Assembly: GCA_964016885.1 (NCBI GenBank)
Contig: OZ024753.1
Coordinates: 6,076,001-6,140,000 of the forward strand
DNA: 64,000 nt
DNA from: Eledone cirrhosa
Taxonomy: Eukaryota
Direction of reading: 5' to 3'
The notes below the pieces were generated by a model. The model worked only from the letters and a program-made list of their open reading frames with translations. It was not told the origin of the DNA and ran no database searches. How positions within the stretch are numbered: the first letter of the stretch is position 1; the number at the start of each line of letters is the position of its first letter. Below, piece by piece: positions 1 through 13,299 of the stretch. A program made the position numbers and the translations under genes.

Positions 1-450
1 CTACTTACAATGTGTGTTACTGACCCACCGTTTTTATTGTATATTGGGCATTTGATTTTCTCATTAGGTTTGTCCATTTCCCAGCCATCATACTCAGTTT
101 CATCTAATAACAGGATATCACATTAAAAGATACTTATACCTTGGTTTGTCTTAAATACTCTCTATGGAGGTTTTTTTTCCCCAAAATATTTCTTCCCCTT
201 GCATTTCATTGGACTACCTAGCTGCAGTTATAAAACTTTCTGAAATGTTCATCATATATCTCTCCAGTTTACGTTCTGCCATATCAACACAGCTATGTAA
301 GGACATTAATCCTCTCCATTGGTAGATATAATCCGTACTAACTATTGTTTTTATTGTTTTTTTAACCAGTTTGAATTGTCCCTTGAACAATTCGAGAAAG
401 CAGCTGAGTTCTTCGTTTGAGATACTGTCCAGGTATTAATAGCTGTAATA
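1..450 (-). mobile_element. Decayed Dong/R4-like non-LTR retrotransposon, C-terminal region
   Basis: Minus-strand translation across frameshifts gives RLYLP..RGLMSLHSCVD, WGKKNLHREYLRQT and KCPIYNKNGGSVTHIVS. These resemble the R4/Dong motifs RLY.PR..GGRGL, W..K.LHGQ..RQ and C..C....E...HI.S.C. Confidence 0.6.
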
Positions 451-1651
451 CCTTTTCCTCATCAAAAATATATTATTGTTTTTATCATCACTCTTGGTGA
501 TATTCTTATTAATGTTATCGACATTATCATCATTGTAATCAGCATCATTTTCCTTTGTTATTCCAAAGTAGTGTCCTTTTAATTTTCAATTTCCTTTTTT
601 TTTTTTTTTTTTTTTTTTTTTCCTCAGCCATTTATATTTGTCTTTATATATTTTGAATATAAAAGACATTACATTGTAAATTTCAAATTTCCCCTTTCCC
701 AACACACCTACATACTATTTAATGAACAGACAATTCAATGTAATGTAGCCAATTCGTACACAAGTAACATAGTGGCGCCTCAGTCATTTTGAGACTAAAT
801 AATTGCTCATATAACTTGAAGCTATGTTTCATTTGTAAAAATGAAACTAATATTTTATTGTTTTTATTTGCATCTCCTCTACTTTTAATTTATTATCATT
901 ATTTTTATTGTTGTTTTGCTGCTGTTATTTGTGTTATTAGAATTCAATTTAAATGTTAGAAATCATTTTGATTTTATAATTGCAATTACTAATTGTAATC
1001 GATGTGGGTATTATTGTTATCAGAATTATATGTAGAATTATATTTACCACCACCACTACTACTACTACTGATGCTGCTACTACTACCACCAATATTAATT
1101 CTACTGTCCCTGCTACTACTATTCTAGTTTATCTCTTTTTACCACCAAAAGTATACGTCAATAATTATAAAATGACATGCAAAATGCGATGTTTTTCGCA
1201 ATCATTTCATAATTGGAATTAGTGTTATATTCAGTTTATCATGATTTTGTAAACATCGTTCATTTATATAGTCAAAATCGTAAGTAATTTGCAATGACAA
1301 AATATATACGATTCATATGTAACTTAGTGTGTTATCAATATACACGCGGGCAGTTGCTTTTTTCTATGCTGAAGATTTAAATTGTTTACGTTACTTTCAA
1401 ACGAACATCGTTAGAGTTTGCCTCACTTTATGAGTTTCTTAACTTATTTTAATTGTCGTTCTTTAATGTCTTGAGAAATATATTGCATACGGGTCTATAT
1501 GTTTATATATAAATATTGTATCTCAGAATATGCAAATTTTATTCTATGACAATGATCTTTAAGAGGAATGTATATGTTAACTTGTATCGCACAGTTTCAT
1601 TCAGTCTAATATATAATGCATTCAGTCAATATATACATACACACACACACA

Positions 1652-1790
1652 CACAACAAAGAAGGTGTGGTAAGATACCAGGTGAATCATAAAACACCAG
1701 AATACTTTGGGTAGTAGAGTGGGTAATATGAAAACAGTCAGGACTCCGGCGGTTGAGCAACCGGCCGCTAGATCCGAGCAGTTCCTTTAC
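1652..1790 (-). mobile_element. Decayed copy of short HHR-associated element (family B; relatives at 9583, 14646, 34855)
   Basis: Shares ...ACCAGGTGAATCATAAAACACCAG...GTAGTAGAGTGGGTAATA...AGTCAGGACTCCG with the other three copies; flanked by (CA)n/(TA)n. Confidence 0.6.
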
Positions 1791-1843
1791 CGTTTTCGCA
1801 GTTCTTGTGCCTTTCAAATGTAGAATTGAGATGGAGGGTTTGT

Positions 1844-1880
<37 letters not shown>

Positions 1881-3145
1881 TTATAAGAACCGTATAAAAG
1901 CGAAGAATAATCTAAAGCTCAAATGTGATCCGCCATAAAGGGAAGATGCTTTAATCGTTTATTTTATTTCCCCGTTTCATCCTTCCTGAATTTTATATAT
2001 ATTCTTTATTATTTGGCTTCCATTTTTTTTACAATAATATTTGATCTCATTTTGAAATTCACTATTGCAGTATAAGTATTTATGTTTATCAACAATATCG
2101 CTTCCTATCGTATATGATCAATTCTATATTTAGCCGATGAATCTCTAACAGTATTAAAGTTTAAAAAATTATTTTCTTGTCGATAATGTTCGTTATTTGG
2201 TTTATAATTGAACTTTATAAATTTATAATTTCATTAATTCATCTAATGCAAATACTGATATATTTCATCGTTTTTTGATAAAACCTGTTCTTTCCTGTAA
2301 AAGATATGTGATATGTAACATGATCAATAACAAAATATGTGCGATTTCCTAAGACAAATTCAAATATATGTCATAATAATTCAATAAATGTAAATTATAT
2401 TTTAATGAAGGTATCAGTAAACTATACATCTTTTCAACAGAAACTGTCTACGTTTTCTTTCATATGACGTTCCCGAATTATGTTTAAATTTATAAAACAA
2501 ATGAAAATATAATTATACTGATATTTTTTAGTTTTATTCTAAGAAAGCTTACAAGAAAACTTGCAAACAGTTCTTTAAAATGTCTAACTATATAAATATA
2601 TGAAATATCCATACAAACACGTACACACACACACACAGAAACCTACATACATATATATGTTAGTAAACATATATATATATATATATTAACAAACACGCAT
2701 ATGTTAAACATATATACACACATATATATGTGGGAGTGTATGTGTGCGTCTGAGTGATGTGTGTAAGCGGATGTATACATCTTAATTATTTGGGGTATAT
2801 GAAATAGAATTTATAGAAGAACAATATAATGATAGAAGAGAAAGAAAAAAAAACTGGCAAAGAAGACTGGAAACAAAAGACAAGGAAATTATCTTGGAAC
2901 AAAGCACAAACAATACCCAAAAGAATCAGTCATAGAAAAGAAGTAATTAGAACCATTCGCAATATAGTTACCGATAATAAAACAAAAACACAATGTAGAG
3001 TATAACTTCTCTCAATATAATTGCTCTTTGTATCGTAAGAACAATAGGAAGTTCTAGAAGAAATAAAGTGAATAAGGATTGAGAGGTTGATGATAACAGC
3101 AATTATTACATACTACTACTACTACTACTACGACCATTAATAATA

Positions 3146-3330
3146 ATTGTTTCTACGTTAGGCACAATGCCAGCAATCATCCAGTGTATTACTGGTACTT
3201 TGTTTTATCGACCTCGTAAGGATGAAAGGCAAAGTTAACCTCGGCGGGATTTGAACTCAGAATGGCAAGGGCCGTAACTATGCATCAAAGCATGGCGTCC
3301 GACCCTCTACCGATACTGCCAATCCACCGC
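3146..3330 (-). mobile_element. tRNA-derived SINE (Octopus-type family 1)
   Basis: Reverse complement has A-box TGGCAGTATCGG and B-box GAGTTCAAATCC, followed by the GAGGTTAACTTTGCCTTTCATCC body; more than 15 copies in this window. Confidence 0.85.
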
Positions 3331-3344
3331 ACTATACCAATAAT

Positions 3345-3550
3345 GGTTTTTATATAGGCACATGCCCAGAAATTTGGGGGGAGGGGAACCCATTAATTCG
3401 AACCAGTGCGGAACTGGTACTTTATTTTATCGACCCAGTAGGAATGAAAGGCAAAGTTTACCTCGGCGGGATTTGAACTCACATCGTAAAGGGCCGTAAC
3501 TCTATGCTCTGAATTATGGCGTCCTACTCTACACCCATACTCCCAATCCA
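3345..3550 (-). mobile_element. SINE family 1 copy
   Basis: Same ACTGGTACTTTATTTTATCGACCC..GGCAAAG..CCTCGGCGGGATTTGAACTC core. Confidence 0.8.
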
Positions 3551-3556
3551 TGACCC

Positions 3557-3592
<36 letters not shown>

Positions 3593-3708
3593 TCGCTACT
3601 ACTACCATGATTATTATTGCTACTACTAACATCGCTACTACTACAACTACTGTTAGTACTGAATCCGTTGTTGATGTCAATGATATAATTACGTCAACTA
3701 CTATCAGT

Positions 3709-3830
3709 AGCAATTTGAAAGGGAGGGGAAAGTCGATTAAATCGACCCAGTGTATTACTGGTACTTTATTTTATCGACCCCGTAAGGATGAAATGCAAAG
3801 CTAACCTTAACGGGATTTGAATTCAGATCT
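3709..3830 (-). mobile_element. SINE family 1 partial copy
   Basis: Same core sequence; head truncated. Confidence 0.75.
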
Positions 3831-4064
3831 CTTGCGGAGGAGTGTGACGTTCTTAGGTTTAGTAGAAAGTTTCACCTGCCCAGTCCCTGGATCCCGCCTG
3901 CCTTTGTCTGTGCATGAAGAAAATAGCCGTGGGTGTGAGAAAAGAAAAAGGAAATCAGTTCTCAGCCAGCGAGGGAGCTGATATATCATGTATGAACATT
4001 AATATATAAAATAATTAAGTCAAATATGTAAAATTTGGCTTCGTTTATTATAAATTATAGATGT

Positions 4065-4119
4065 ACTGTTATATATATTTCGGTGACAGCCATCATTGGC
4101 TGTGACCTCTTCAGGCAGT
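4065..4119 (-). ncRNA. Type I minimal hammerhead ribozyme motif
   Basis: RC: actgc CTGAAGA ggtcacagcca-atga-tggctgtcacc GAA atatatat A acagt. Stem II is about 10 bp, stem III is palindromic, and stem I has one mismatch next to the core. Confidence 0.75.
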
Positions 4120-4223
4120 CCGAATTGGTGTGGGAAAGACAGGTACACATGCTGAAGTGTGTTTTACTCCGTCAATACATCGATATGTCCAGCTCCTGTT
4201 TGTGTTATTTCTCTGAGGAACTG

Positions 4224-4258
<35 letters not shown>

Positions 4259-4766
4259 GATAGATAGAGATATAGATAGAGATATATAGATATATATATC
4301 TGTATGTATGTTCTTCTGGTTTTATAATTTCACAAAGTTTTACCAATAGAGAGAGAGTCGGTTTCTAACAAGACTCATTGGAATTTACACAACATCAACT
4401 AGGTAGATATGTATGTATGCATGCATGTGTAGATATGGATGTTATTGTATGTGTGGATGTTTTGAGTTGTATGTGTGCATGTGTATATGCTTTGTATCTG
4501 TACATGTGTATATGCAGTTATTAGATACAACATTTTTGGAATGTTTTACATATTTTTACTGTTCCATTAATGGATTGTACTTGTAGTTTCCTAATTAGTT
4601 GTGTTCTTTCTGTTCCTGTGAAGCCTAGCTTCTCAAGATTTGTATTGAGGCAGTTACTACCATATCCCAGTGCCCCAATCATCACAGGCATAAAACTGAA
4701 GGTGTAATCAGGGTGGAGTATCTGCAGATTTCTGATCAGTTCTGAATATATATATATATATATGCA

Positions 4767-5687
4767 TGTAGAAATGAATTTAACCTAACAGGATTGTGTG
4801 GCAGGTATTCCTCTCCCTTAGCCAAGAGCCAATATGCTACAGTCAGAGAAGAGAAAGGTGTGTGTTACCTCTACATGAAAGAAGTAGAACGTGCAGCATT
4901 TCCACGGAGAATGTGGAAGAAGATTCAGTTGGATAACTTTGAAAAAGAAATGGCACAGATTAACACAAAGATGCTCTACTGGCCTTCGTATTATCGTCGG
5001 AAGTGTCGCCTGAGATTGATTAGAATCAGGCAGTATTTGGCCAGAATGAGAAAACTTGTTTTGCGTAACAGGAGGAAGTTGGTTCCTTTACAGAGAAATA
5101 TAGAACGTCGCGAGAAAAGACGAGAGGAGAAAGCATTGGTTGCTGCTCAACTTGACAACGCCATAGAGAAGCAGTTATTAGAAAGACTCAAATCTGGGGC
5201 TTATAACGAGGGGTACAACTTCCCAATGAAAGCATTCAGCAAAGTTATGAACGGAGAAGAGGTAGATGAAGTGGAGGAGGAAGAAGAAGTAGAGATTGAT
5301 AGTGAAGAGGAAGGACAGCGTGGGCGGATTGCAAAGAGGAGATGGAGAAGGAGAAAGGTGATGCGAGTACCTCTGGTTATGTGGGGTATGTTCCTTACAA
5401 TGAATTTTAAGAGAGTGACATTGAAGATCTTGAGGATCTTCGGTTGAGTGATTACAACTCTAGCAGTGATGAAGGAGATGTCGTCAATGACAACAAGGTA
5501 CCAGGGTTGACGTTAGCAACGACCGGGCGGGAAAGATAAGAAACGGAAGCAAGCACCATCATCGTTATCAGCAGAACATCACAAAGGAAAAACAAAGAAA
5601 ATGTCAAAAAGTTGTCCAAAAGTGACAATAGAGTATGAGACCGAGCTGGAGCAACCTTCCACCTCCAAAGAGAAGTTGAAATATTGA
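4767..5687 (+). pseudogene. MAK16: MAK16 (ribosome biogenesis, L28e/Mak16 family) intronless disabled copy, probable retrocopy
   Basis: [29 protein letters not shown]...[31 protein letters not shown] is the MAK16 signature. After a frameshift near 5320 another frame reads [11 protein letters not shown] (TAA at 5408-5410), and the C-terminus reads PKVTIEYETELEQP...* (TGA 5685-5687). The N-terminal ~27 codons are missing, replaced by a (TA)n tract. Confidence 0.88.
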
Positions 5688-5777
5688 AATGTTATTGGAT
5701 GTCTGGAATGGTGGTGATGGGAGTGGGTTGAGGTGGTGTGGGTGAACTGGAATTTAAACAGTTTGCACATTTTTGTC

Positions 5778-6003
5778 TGTATGTATGTATGTGTGTAGGT
5801 AGGTATGTATATATGTAGGTGTGTATGTAGGTATGTATGTATATATGTAGGTGTGTATGTAGGTATGTATATATGTAGGTATGTGTGTATGTAGGTATGT
5901 GTGTATGTATGTAGGTATGTATGTGTATGTATGTATATATATATGTAGGTAGGTATGTATGTGTGTATGTAGGTATATATGTATATATGTAGGTATGTAT
6001 GTA
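5778..6003. repeat. (GTAT/GTAG) compound microsatellite
   Basis: Direct inspection. Confidence 0.95.
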
Positions 6004-6129
6004 CGTGCAACCCCACCAAGGTTTCTTGGTGACTTTGGACATTCTGCAGGACTAAAAACAAAACCTGTCAAAGGGCAAAGGAGCTCTTAAGAGTCAATGG
6101 CCATCCAAAATCACCGGGAGAGATGACCC

Positions 6130-6515
6130 CTTAGCCTTTGTCAAGGCAGAATTCTAGAAGGAAAACTGATATAACACCTGCAACCCTGATGGTATCCAAT
6201 GATGTTGAGTTGTTCTTTTTGGTAAATATCATCTTGGTTAAGAGAGTGGGACTGGCTTTGTGCAGTGCCTTTGCTCATTATAAAAGCTTCACGGCACAGG
6301 CATTGCGTTATATCTGGCGATCTCTCTGCACTTGTCACATGGTACCATGGGCCCAGCACTATGTGCCTATAGTTGTCACAAGTGTAGTGTTTGTACCAAA
6401 TTTTTCAAGTCGCTGGCTGGACTAAAACGTCACACTCGTTCAGCGCATCGGTAGGGGTTCTCCTACATGGATATAAAGGAGTGGCCGTACTTGAAAACGA
6501 GTTGGCACCCACCAT
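6130..6515 (+). mobile_element. 3' end of RTE-BovB-like LINE with terminal C2H2 finger
   Basis: 6383-6454 encodes CSVCTKFFKSLAGLKRHTRSAHR*, the type of C2H2 finger found at RTE ORF ends. It is followed by a short 3' UTR and a simple-repeat tail. Confidence 0.6.
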
Positions 6516-6754
6516 GTATGTATATATATATATATATATATGTATATAGATGTATATAGATGGATGTATGTATGTATGTATGTATACAGATGTATGTATA
6601 TAAAATGTATGTATAAAAATGTATTTTTATTACATTTTCCGGGAACGTTCACGTTATTCAAGTACAGTTAACAATGTGAACAAGAACGACCATGGCAGTC
6701 ATCAAATCACAAGCACACATAAGGTTCCCCAACACCAATAGACTTCCATACCTC

Positions 6755-6936
6755 CGGCAGAATCTGTAGAGGGTCGGACGCCATGTTTGCAGGATAGAGT
6801 TACGGCCCTTTATGATCCGAGTTCAAATCCCGCAAAGGTTAACTTTGCCTTTCACCTTTACGGGGTTGATAAAAGGAAGTACCAGTAATGCACTGGGACT
6901 TATTGCTGGCCTTGTGCCAAAAGTAGAAACAATTAT
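6755..6936 (+). mobile_element. SINE family 1 copy
   Basis: GAGTTCAAATCCCG..GGTTAACTTTGCCTTTCA...AGTAGAAACAATTA. Confidence 0.8.
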
Positions 6937-8773
6937 TACTTCCTATATCTTAAACCTATACGAAGAATAATGACTAAACAAACAATCAAACGAAATGACC
7001 AAGCTGATATATCGCAGTCATTTCTACTTTTCCCTTTCTCCTCAATATTTTCTCTTTCTCCTCAAGTATTGAGCGCTCATTCACTTAATGCTTAGTGTTT
7101 TAAACATCAATTCTAATAGATATATAAATATACAGGTAAAGATGGAAATCAAAGAAAACTATATCGAAAATGATATATATGATGATGATGAATGAAAGGA
7201 GATATATTAGTGAAGGTAAAGAAAAGTAAAGGAAAGAAGGACCTGAATGAAATTGATTGCGATTGAATTCAAATAGAGATCATTCTTTTTTTTTCAAAAG
7301 ACAAATAGAAAAATTAAGAAGAAATACATCACGTTACAAGCGAACAGAACAATATGCAGCCAACATCTGAAAGAACAGTTAGACACCGTTAACAAAATGG
7401 TGGGAAAATTATTTGATTTTCTGTTACTTTCTACCGAAAATTACGCGTAAATCTAAGAAAATGAAAGCCAAAACATTAAGCATATAAACATAAATTGATA
7501 TCGAATAAAAAACAATATATTTAAAATTTAGAAAGTAATATAAATACAAATTAGATATTTCATGAATACATTTTTTGTTCTTTTCCTTTTCCTCTATTTT
7601 TCTGTTTTATATTCTATTCTCATCTTTATTGTCATATTTCTTTTTTTCATCACTTTTCAATTTCAATAAAGTCTTTAAGGCTTGTGTTGTTTCTTGGCAA
7701 CTTTATCGAATATTTTCAAAATACTGATGTTCGAACAAGAAACTATAATAAAACTAAAATTTACAAAACGCACACATTTATACAGACACTAACACTACCA
7801 CACACATAGATACTGAAACACACATAAATATCTAAAAAATAATAAAAGTTTGCAAATTTCAAACAATAGATATTAATTATTTCGTTGATTTGAATATAAT
7901 AAAATACATAGAAAAAAATGTTGCTATGGAGTTTCTTCATCGATGTTTGAATTTTTGCTCAATGAACTCGACAAAATTCTTGCAAAACCTACTAAACCAA
8001 TAAGGAATCGTTTTCCAAACGCTCTACTGTATGGTATTTTTATTGATTTTTATGTATTTCGTTTGCTTGCTTTGATGCTATGATGATTTGTTGTTTTGTT
8101 GCATTTAGAGAAGAATTATTTTCTATTTCCTCAATATTTTGAATTTGTTGAAAATGTAAATGTGTTTTGCTACTAACATCGAAGGAGTTTGTTTGTGACT
8201 ATGAATAGTATGTTTTCTTTTACATTTTTTCCCCGATTTGTATAAGGTTTGTGTTGAAGTGTTAGTAGTACTATTTCCTTTTTAGTTTTCATTTTACTTT
8301 GTAATTGTGTTACGTTGGTGTTTAGTGTTATTAGTAGTGATGCTAGTAGATCTAATAGAGGTATAACGATATGAGGGCTTCTCATGTTTAATCGATAATA
8401 AGTCTGTTGGAGGAGTGTGGGGTCGCTCTAAAATGTGTTTTACCTGGTAGACGATGACGGTGATTAGGAATATAATGATGGCGACGTTGCTGTTGCTGTG
8501 AAGATAAGATGAATATAAGGTGTGAGGTGATGATAATGATGGTGACAATAGTGGTGGGGGGATGATATGATAAGGCTTATGAAGATGATGATGATGATGA
8601 TGATCCCGATTATTAGCTGTAATATACAATCTTTCTGGTAACAGTAGCAGTGATAATAACATGTTGTGAAGTTTGTGCTGGTGTGAATCACAAGTTGTTT
8701 TACATCAGAAAATGAAGCTTTTACGATATTCCTTTTGTTTGTGTTTATTATTATTATTTTTTATTATATGTAC

Positions 8774-8972
8774 AGGGCGGTGGATTGGCAGTATCGGTAG
8801 AGGGTCGGCTGTCATGTTTTGCAGCATAAAGTTACGGCCATTTACGTTCTCAGTTCAAATTCCGCCGAGGTTAACTTTGCCAGTCATCCTTACGGAATCG
8901 ATAAAATAAAGTACCAGTAATGCACTGGGGTAATTTCTGGCCGTGTCTTAAAAGTAGAAACAATTATTATTA
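8774..8972 (+). mobile_element. SINE family 1 full-length copy
   Basis: GGGCGGTGGATTGGCAGTATCGGTAGAG head, B-box, body and (TTA)n tail. Confidence 0.85.
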
Positions 8973-9119
8973 TTATTGTATACACGTTACCGATATACAA
9001 TATGTCTTCTGTTTAAGTATGATATAATATATGAAGAAAAGTACACTAGACAATGTGACTCCGAATGAATCCAAAGTTATATTTAAACAAAACGCATTAA
9101 TCCTTAACGTAGCGAGAAA

Positions 9120-9560
9120 AGTCTCCGATACCGAGAGGGTCATGGGGGTCAGAGTCCTCAAACACTCCTTCCAGCAGGTTCTGTAAGAAGCAACTATTTC
9201 CAACTGAGCCGGCTGGATCGTCAAGCGGGACCAGAGAAGCTCATGGATGTTATCGAAACATTTAGTTCGGGGTCTACCTCTGGGTCTCACTGCCGGTTGG
9301 TTTTGCGCGTGAAATCTTTCCAGCGATTCTTCCCCGAGACATTCTAACCACATGCCCATAGTATCAGAACTGTGATCTCTCAATTAAGAGAAATAGCGGC
9401 TCTAAAAGGAGTGAACCTGATATCTGAACTGTGCGCTTTGTCGAGTAACGTTTAACTCCAAAGACCCTTTGGGGGTGCCCCATTTCATCCGCATATATTC
9501 GTGATCGTATTATTTCGGTCATTACCCAAAGTTTTAATAACCAATATTGATCACACATCG
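9120..9560 (-). mobile_element. Decayed RTE-clade LINE 3' fragment
   Basis: Minus strand gives YYGHVVRM and RPRGRPRTKCFDNI, typical RTE C-terminal motifs, with frameshifts. Confidence 0.75.
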
Positions 9561-9582
9561 TGTGTGTGTGCGTGTGTGTGTG

Positions 9583-9737
9583 TGAACTAAGAAAGTATAG
9601 TAAAGAGCCAGGTGGACCATAACGCACCAGCGTACTCGATACTTGGGCTAGTAGTGTGGGTAATAGGAAAAGAGTCAGTACTCCGACCGCTGAGCTCCAG
9701 CCGTTTCGACAGGCAGATCCGTCAGGGTCCTGACTCT

Positions 9738-9742
<5 letters not shown>
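9583..9742 (-). mobile_element. Short element (family B) with degenerate hammerhead
   Basis: RC: agtcaggacc CTGACGG atctgcctgtc GAAA cggctggagctcagcgg TC ggagtactgact (core variant, A9 to G). Bounded by (GT)n and (TA)n. Confidence 0.6.
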
Positions 9743-9790
<48 letters not shown>

Positions 9791-10571
9791 CAGTATATTC
9801 GTATCATGCATGTCCATGCTACCAAGACATGATATACACGCAGTGACAATTCTATAAATGTGATTAGAATTTATTGTTTTAGGGAGTGCTGTTGCATATT
9901 GTAAATAATTTGCCTGTACTAATTCCTTCGTCGAAATTAAAATTATTTCTTTTAGTTGTTCGGAATTTTTAAGTTATTTCCCGACGTGGATCTCCTTGCA
10001 TTTTTCGATATTGTATTTGGATGCCTAACTGGTAAATGTCCCTACATTACATTAATTTCCTTGTGACTTAAGTACTTTTAAAACTAGCACCATCAATATC
10101 TAATATCTGAATATATTTGAAACACTATTCGAATATTTATGCGAATCAATTATGTTTCAGGAGACACGCGAATAAACAAATTAACGTTGGCAAAATCTAC
10201 AAGAAAAATGATCGAACACTCTTTAAAGGAGGATACAAAACATGTGAAAGTTATTATCAAAGAGGAAACCGTTTTCTCTTCTGATAATGGAATCAACGTA
10301 TTATATGGTTATTCAAAATCAAGTTATAAATAGTGCAATTTATCTGCGTAATTAATTATGTTGCTGATATATATACTAAAGAATGATTCCACAGAGATTT
10401 AATACTTTAATTTTAATTTCCGGCAACGAACCTTGTAAAAATAAGCTTTATAATACTGTTCAGTAACTTGACACATTTATGATATGTTCGCAGGTGAAAA
10501 ATACCTATATTACTTTCCAAAGATTTCCTTTGTGGTGACATGTTAAATGATGTTTGCAGTTAGAAATACAA

Positions 10572-10619
<48 letters not shown>

Positions 10620-10678
10620 TATATATACATGGTTATAATCACACACACACACAACCCCCCCCCCCCCACACACACACA

Positions 10679-10727
<49 letters not shown>

Positions 10728-11844
10728 AATATCTGTACGTACGTTCGTGTTTATATTTTTAAAAAGCAGTAAATATATATATATATATATATATACACTG
10801 AACATCAGTAGAATGTCGACAACTTTATATTGTAAATACATAAACTTCATACAATGGTATTAAGTCAACATTTCGATTACAAATCACGGGTTCCTTTCTT
10901 CCAGCAAAAATGTAAATTTCGTTGTAATTCTCTGTATCACACGAAACGTGTATATTCTTGAACCGTATCTTGAATGGCTTTCTAATTAGCAGGTACTGTA
11001 ACAAAACATAGCACCATTCGTTTAGGAGTGTCGTACAGTGTCATCACTATATCTGTTTAAAATCTGAATTGTAAAAACCAGTGCAGCAACCTTTCATGAT
11101 ATCAATAGAACAATGGTTGTTTGTGATGTTGAGTCTTATGCTACCTAGATCATTGACATTACTTGTGTAAAAGCTGTTCCAACACACAGGTATGTTTGCA
11201 AGTATATATCTATTTATCACGTGCAATTAGAAGTTATTTTGTGTTGAATACAATTTATTATAACAAGAGTTAAATGATTTGTCTGCACGGTTGCGAGCCA
11301 ATATTTTAATAAAACATCTCACCTTGTCTCTGGATTTCTCCTCAGGTCCAATATCTTCTTTGTTGTTTTTTCAGCTTCACAATTTCACTAATTCGATAGA
11401 TCCTTCACCTTCTCCCTGGAAATATTTTGAAATGAGATTTCAATATTCAACAGAAAATATATTTTTGTTTCATCTCTTGCTATATTTATTTCGTCGGTAA
11501 TATATCATATCTTATTCTATATAGATACATTACAATACAGGCTGTCATGTGTAGGATTTAGGAAATCTTTATACCACTTCATGTTGAACTTTGTGGAAAT
11601 ATGTTTCGGTGGACACAGCTGCAAACAGGAATATATCTGAATCTATTCACAATCTATTCAATATGAAGTCTAGGTGTCTCGCTTCACAAAGCAAAACAAT
11701 TATTGGATAGCGGTTTACTCTCCAGAGTTCCTCAGCCATTTAGTGGGTCTTGTTTTTCATCTCGTACGGTGTCCAAAATACACCCTCACCAAGCAAGCTT
11801 TCCTATGAATGTTCCATTTGACCCTTGTATTTCGGTATTATATA

Positions 11845-12030
11845 AGTGGATTGGCAGTATCGGTAGAGGGTTGGACGCCATGTTTGACGCATAGAGTTAC
11901 GGCCCTTGCAATTCTGAGTTCAAATCCCGCCGAGGTTAACTTTGTCTTTCATCCTTACGGGGTCGATAAAATAAAGTACCAGTAATGCACTGGGTAATAG
12001 CTGGCCTCGTGCTAAAAGTAGAAACAATTA
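11845..12030 (+). mobile_element. SINE family 1 full-length copy
   Basis: A-box, B-box and body as above. Confidence 0.85.
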
Positions 12031-13299
12031 TATAACATACAGGTAACTACACAACAATAGCATGTTTTGGGAGAATTGTAAACCCAGATGTGCCAAGTCT
12101 GAGAAATCTACATATTAACAAAGACAGCAACGGGGATGAAAAGAAAATTTATTATTATCAAAACTGGTTGCAGAAAGAAATGTATCACACTGCTTTGGAT
12201 AGTCGACATACTTTATTTATTCATGTAAAGTAAACTCAATTTCGAAATAGACAAATTTTAAACATAAATTAATCAAGATATGTTCTATATTCATAAATGA
12301 AATCTTCTTCGGGGAATTTTTAAAGCTTTTACAATATTGATTATCTTTGAATCTATTAACGGAAATATAATTGAAACCAAAAATATACTTACTTATTGAT
12401 AGTCCTTCCCTGGGTTTCCTAGACGAATATACTGTTTCGTCTACGTATTAAATAACAATTTAAGTGGCTGAGTATTTCGCAGTGACGTGTAACCTACATC
12501 TAATACCTAAATGAAATTAGCGATAGCCAGTATATAACAAATTTAGAAATCTGAAATTCAGTTACAGATAATCCAGTTTCACTCGAAATGCCTTCGTCGA
12601 TCTGAAACTATAAAAAATGCAACATGACTAATATAGAACGTAATGAGGTCTACCATGGCGCCTTATTTCGTAAAACAATTCCTATATTCTTCACCTCGCT
12701 TGAGTTCTCATAGATACAACAAAAACTAAAACCTATTATAGTTTCCTGAACAAATGACATTAACGTGTATAAACTTGACTATAGCGAGTTGGAAAAGTTA
12801 TTATCATTACTCATACATTTCAAGGAAGTCATAAAAACGTATATGCTATTAGAGGAATGTGTTAAATCTACTATCAATTTAAGTAAGCTATCTAAAAACC
12901 AAGATTATCAAATTAAATAAATACTCTGAAATGTTAAAAGTACGCAGAGTTATTAATATGATAGTATTAGATGTAACTGCTAGAGCCCAAGACACTGAAA
13001 TGAAGTCAGAGATAAGGAAATAGACAGTGTACATCTTCGACTGGAAGTTGGGTTCAGTGAAGAGCCTCTACAGGGAAAACACGTGAAATAATTAGGACTC
13101 GATTCCGAATCTTTATCCCAAATTAATATGTAATCAGCATAAAAGTCGAGACTAGAGTAATGCTTAGAAGAAAACGAAGAGAAAAAGGCTACGACTAAAA
13201 GTAAAATTATTTTTAACTAAATGTTGAAAACAAATTATGTAGAAGAAAATAAATCCATCGACGAGGAATATTTAGATAATCACAAAACAATGGTAGAAA

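Noticed and set aside
1360-1420. CTGAAGA...CGAACATCGTT hammerhead-like motif
   Set aside because: GAAA is incomplete and stems I and II do not pair; at best a decayed relic.
11096-11195. Signal-peptide-like frame with a downstream GTATGT donor
   Set aside because: An in-frame TAA occurs before the donor, and no consistent exon model was found.
11705-11740. Minus-strand CTGAGGA-actct/agagt-AAAC motif
   Set aside because: It lacks G12 and has no convincing stem III or stem I.
12560-12610. Minus-strand CGACGA...GAAAC motif with cagat/atctg stem
   Set aside because: The core has lost a base and stem II is unpaired; a possible old relic but unsupported.
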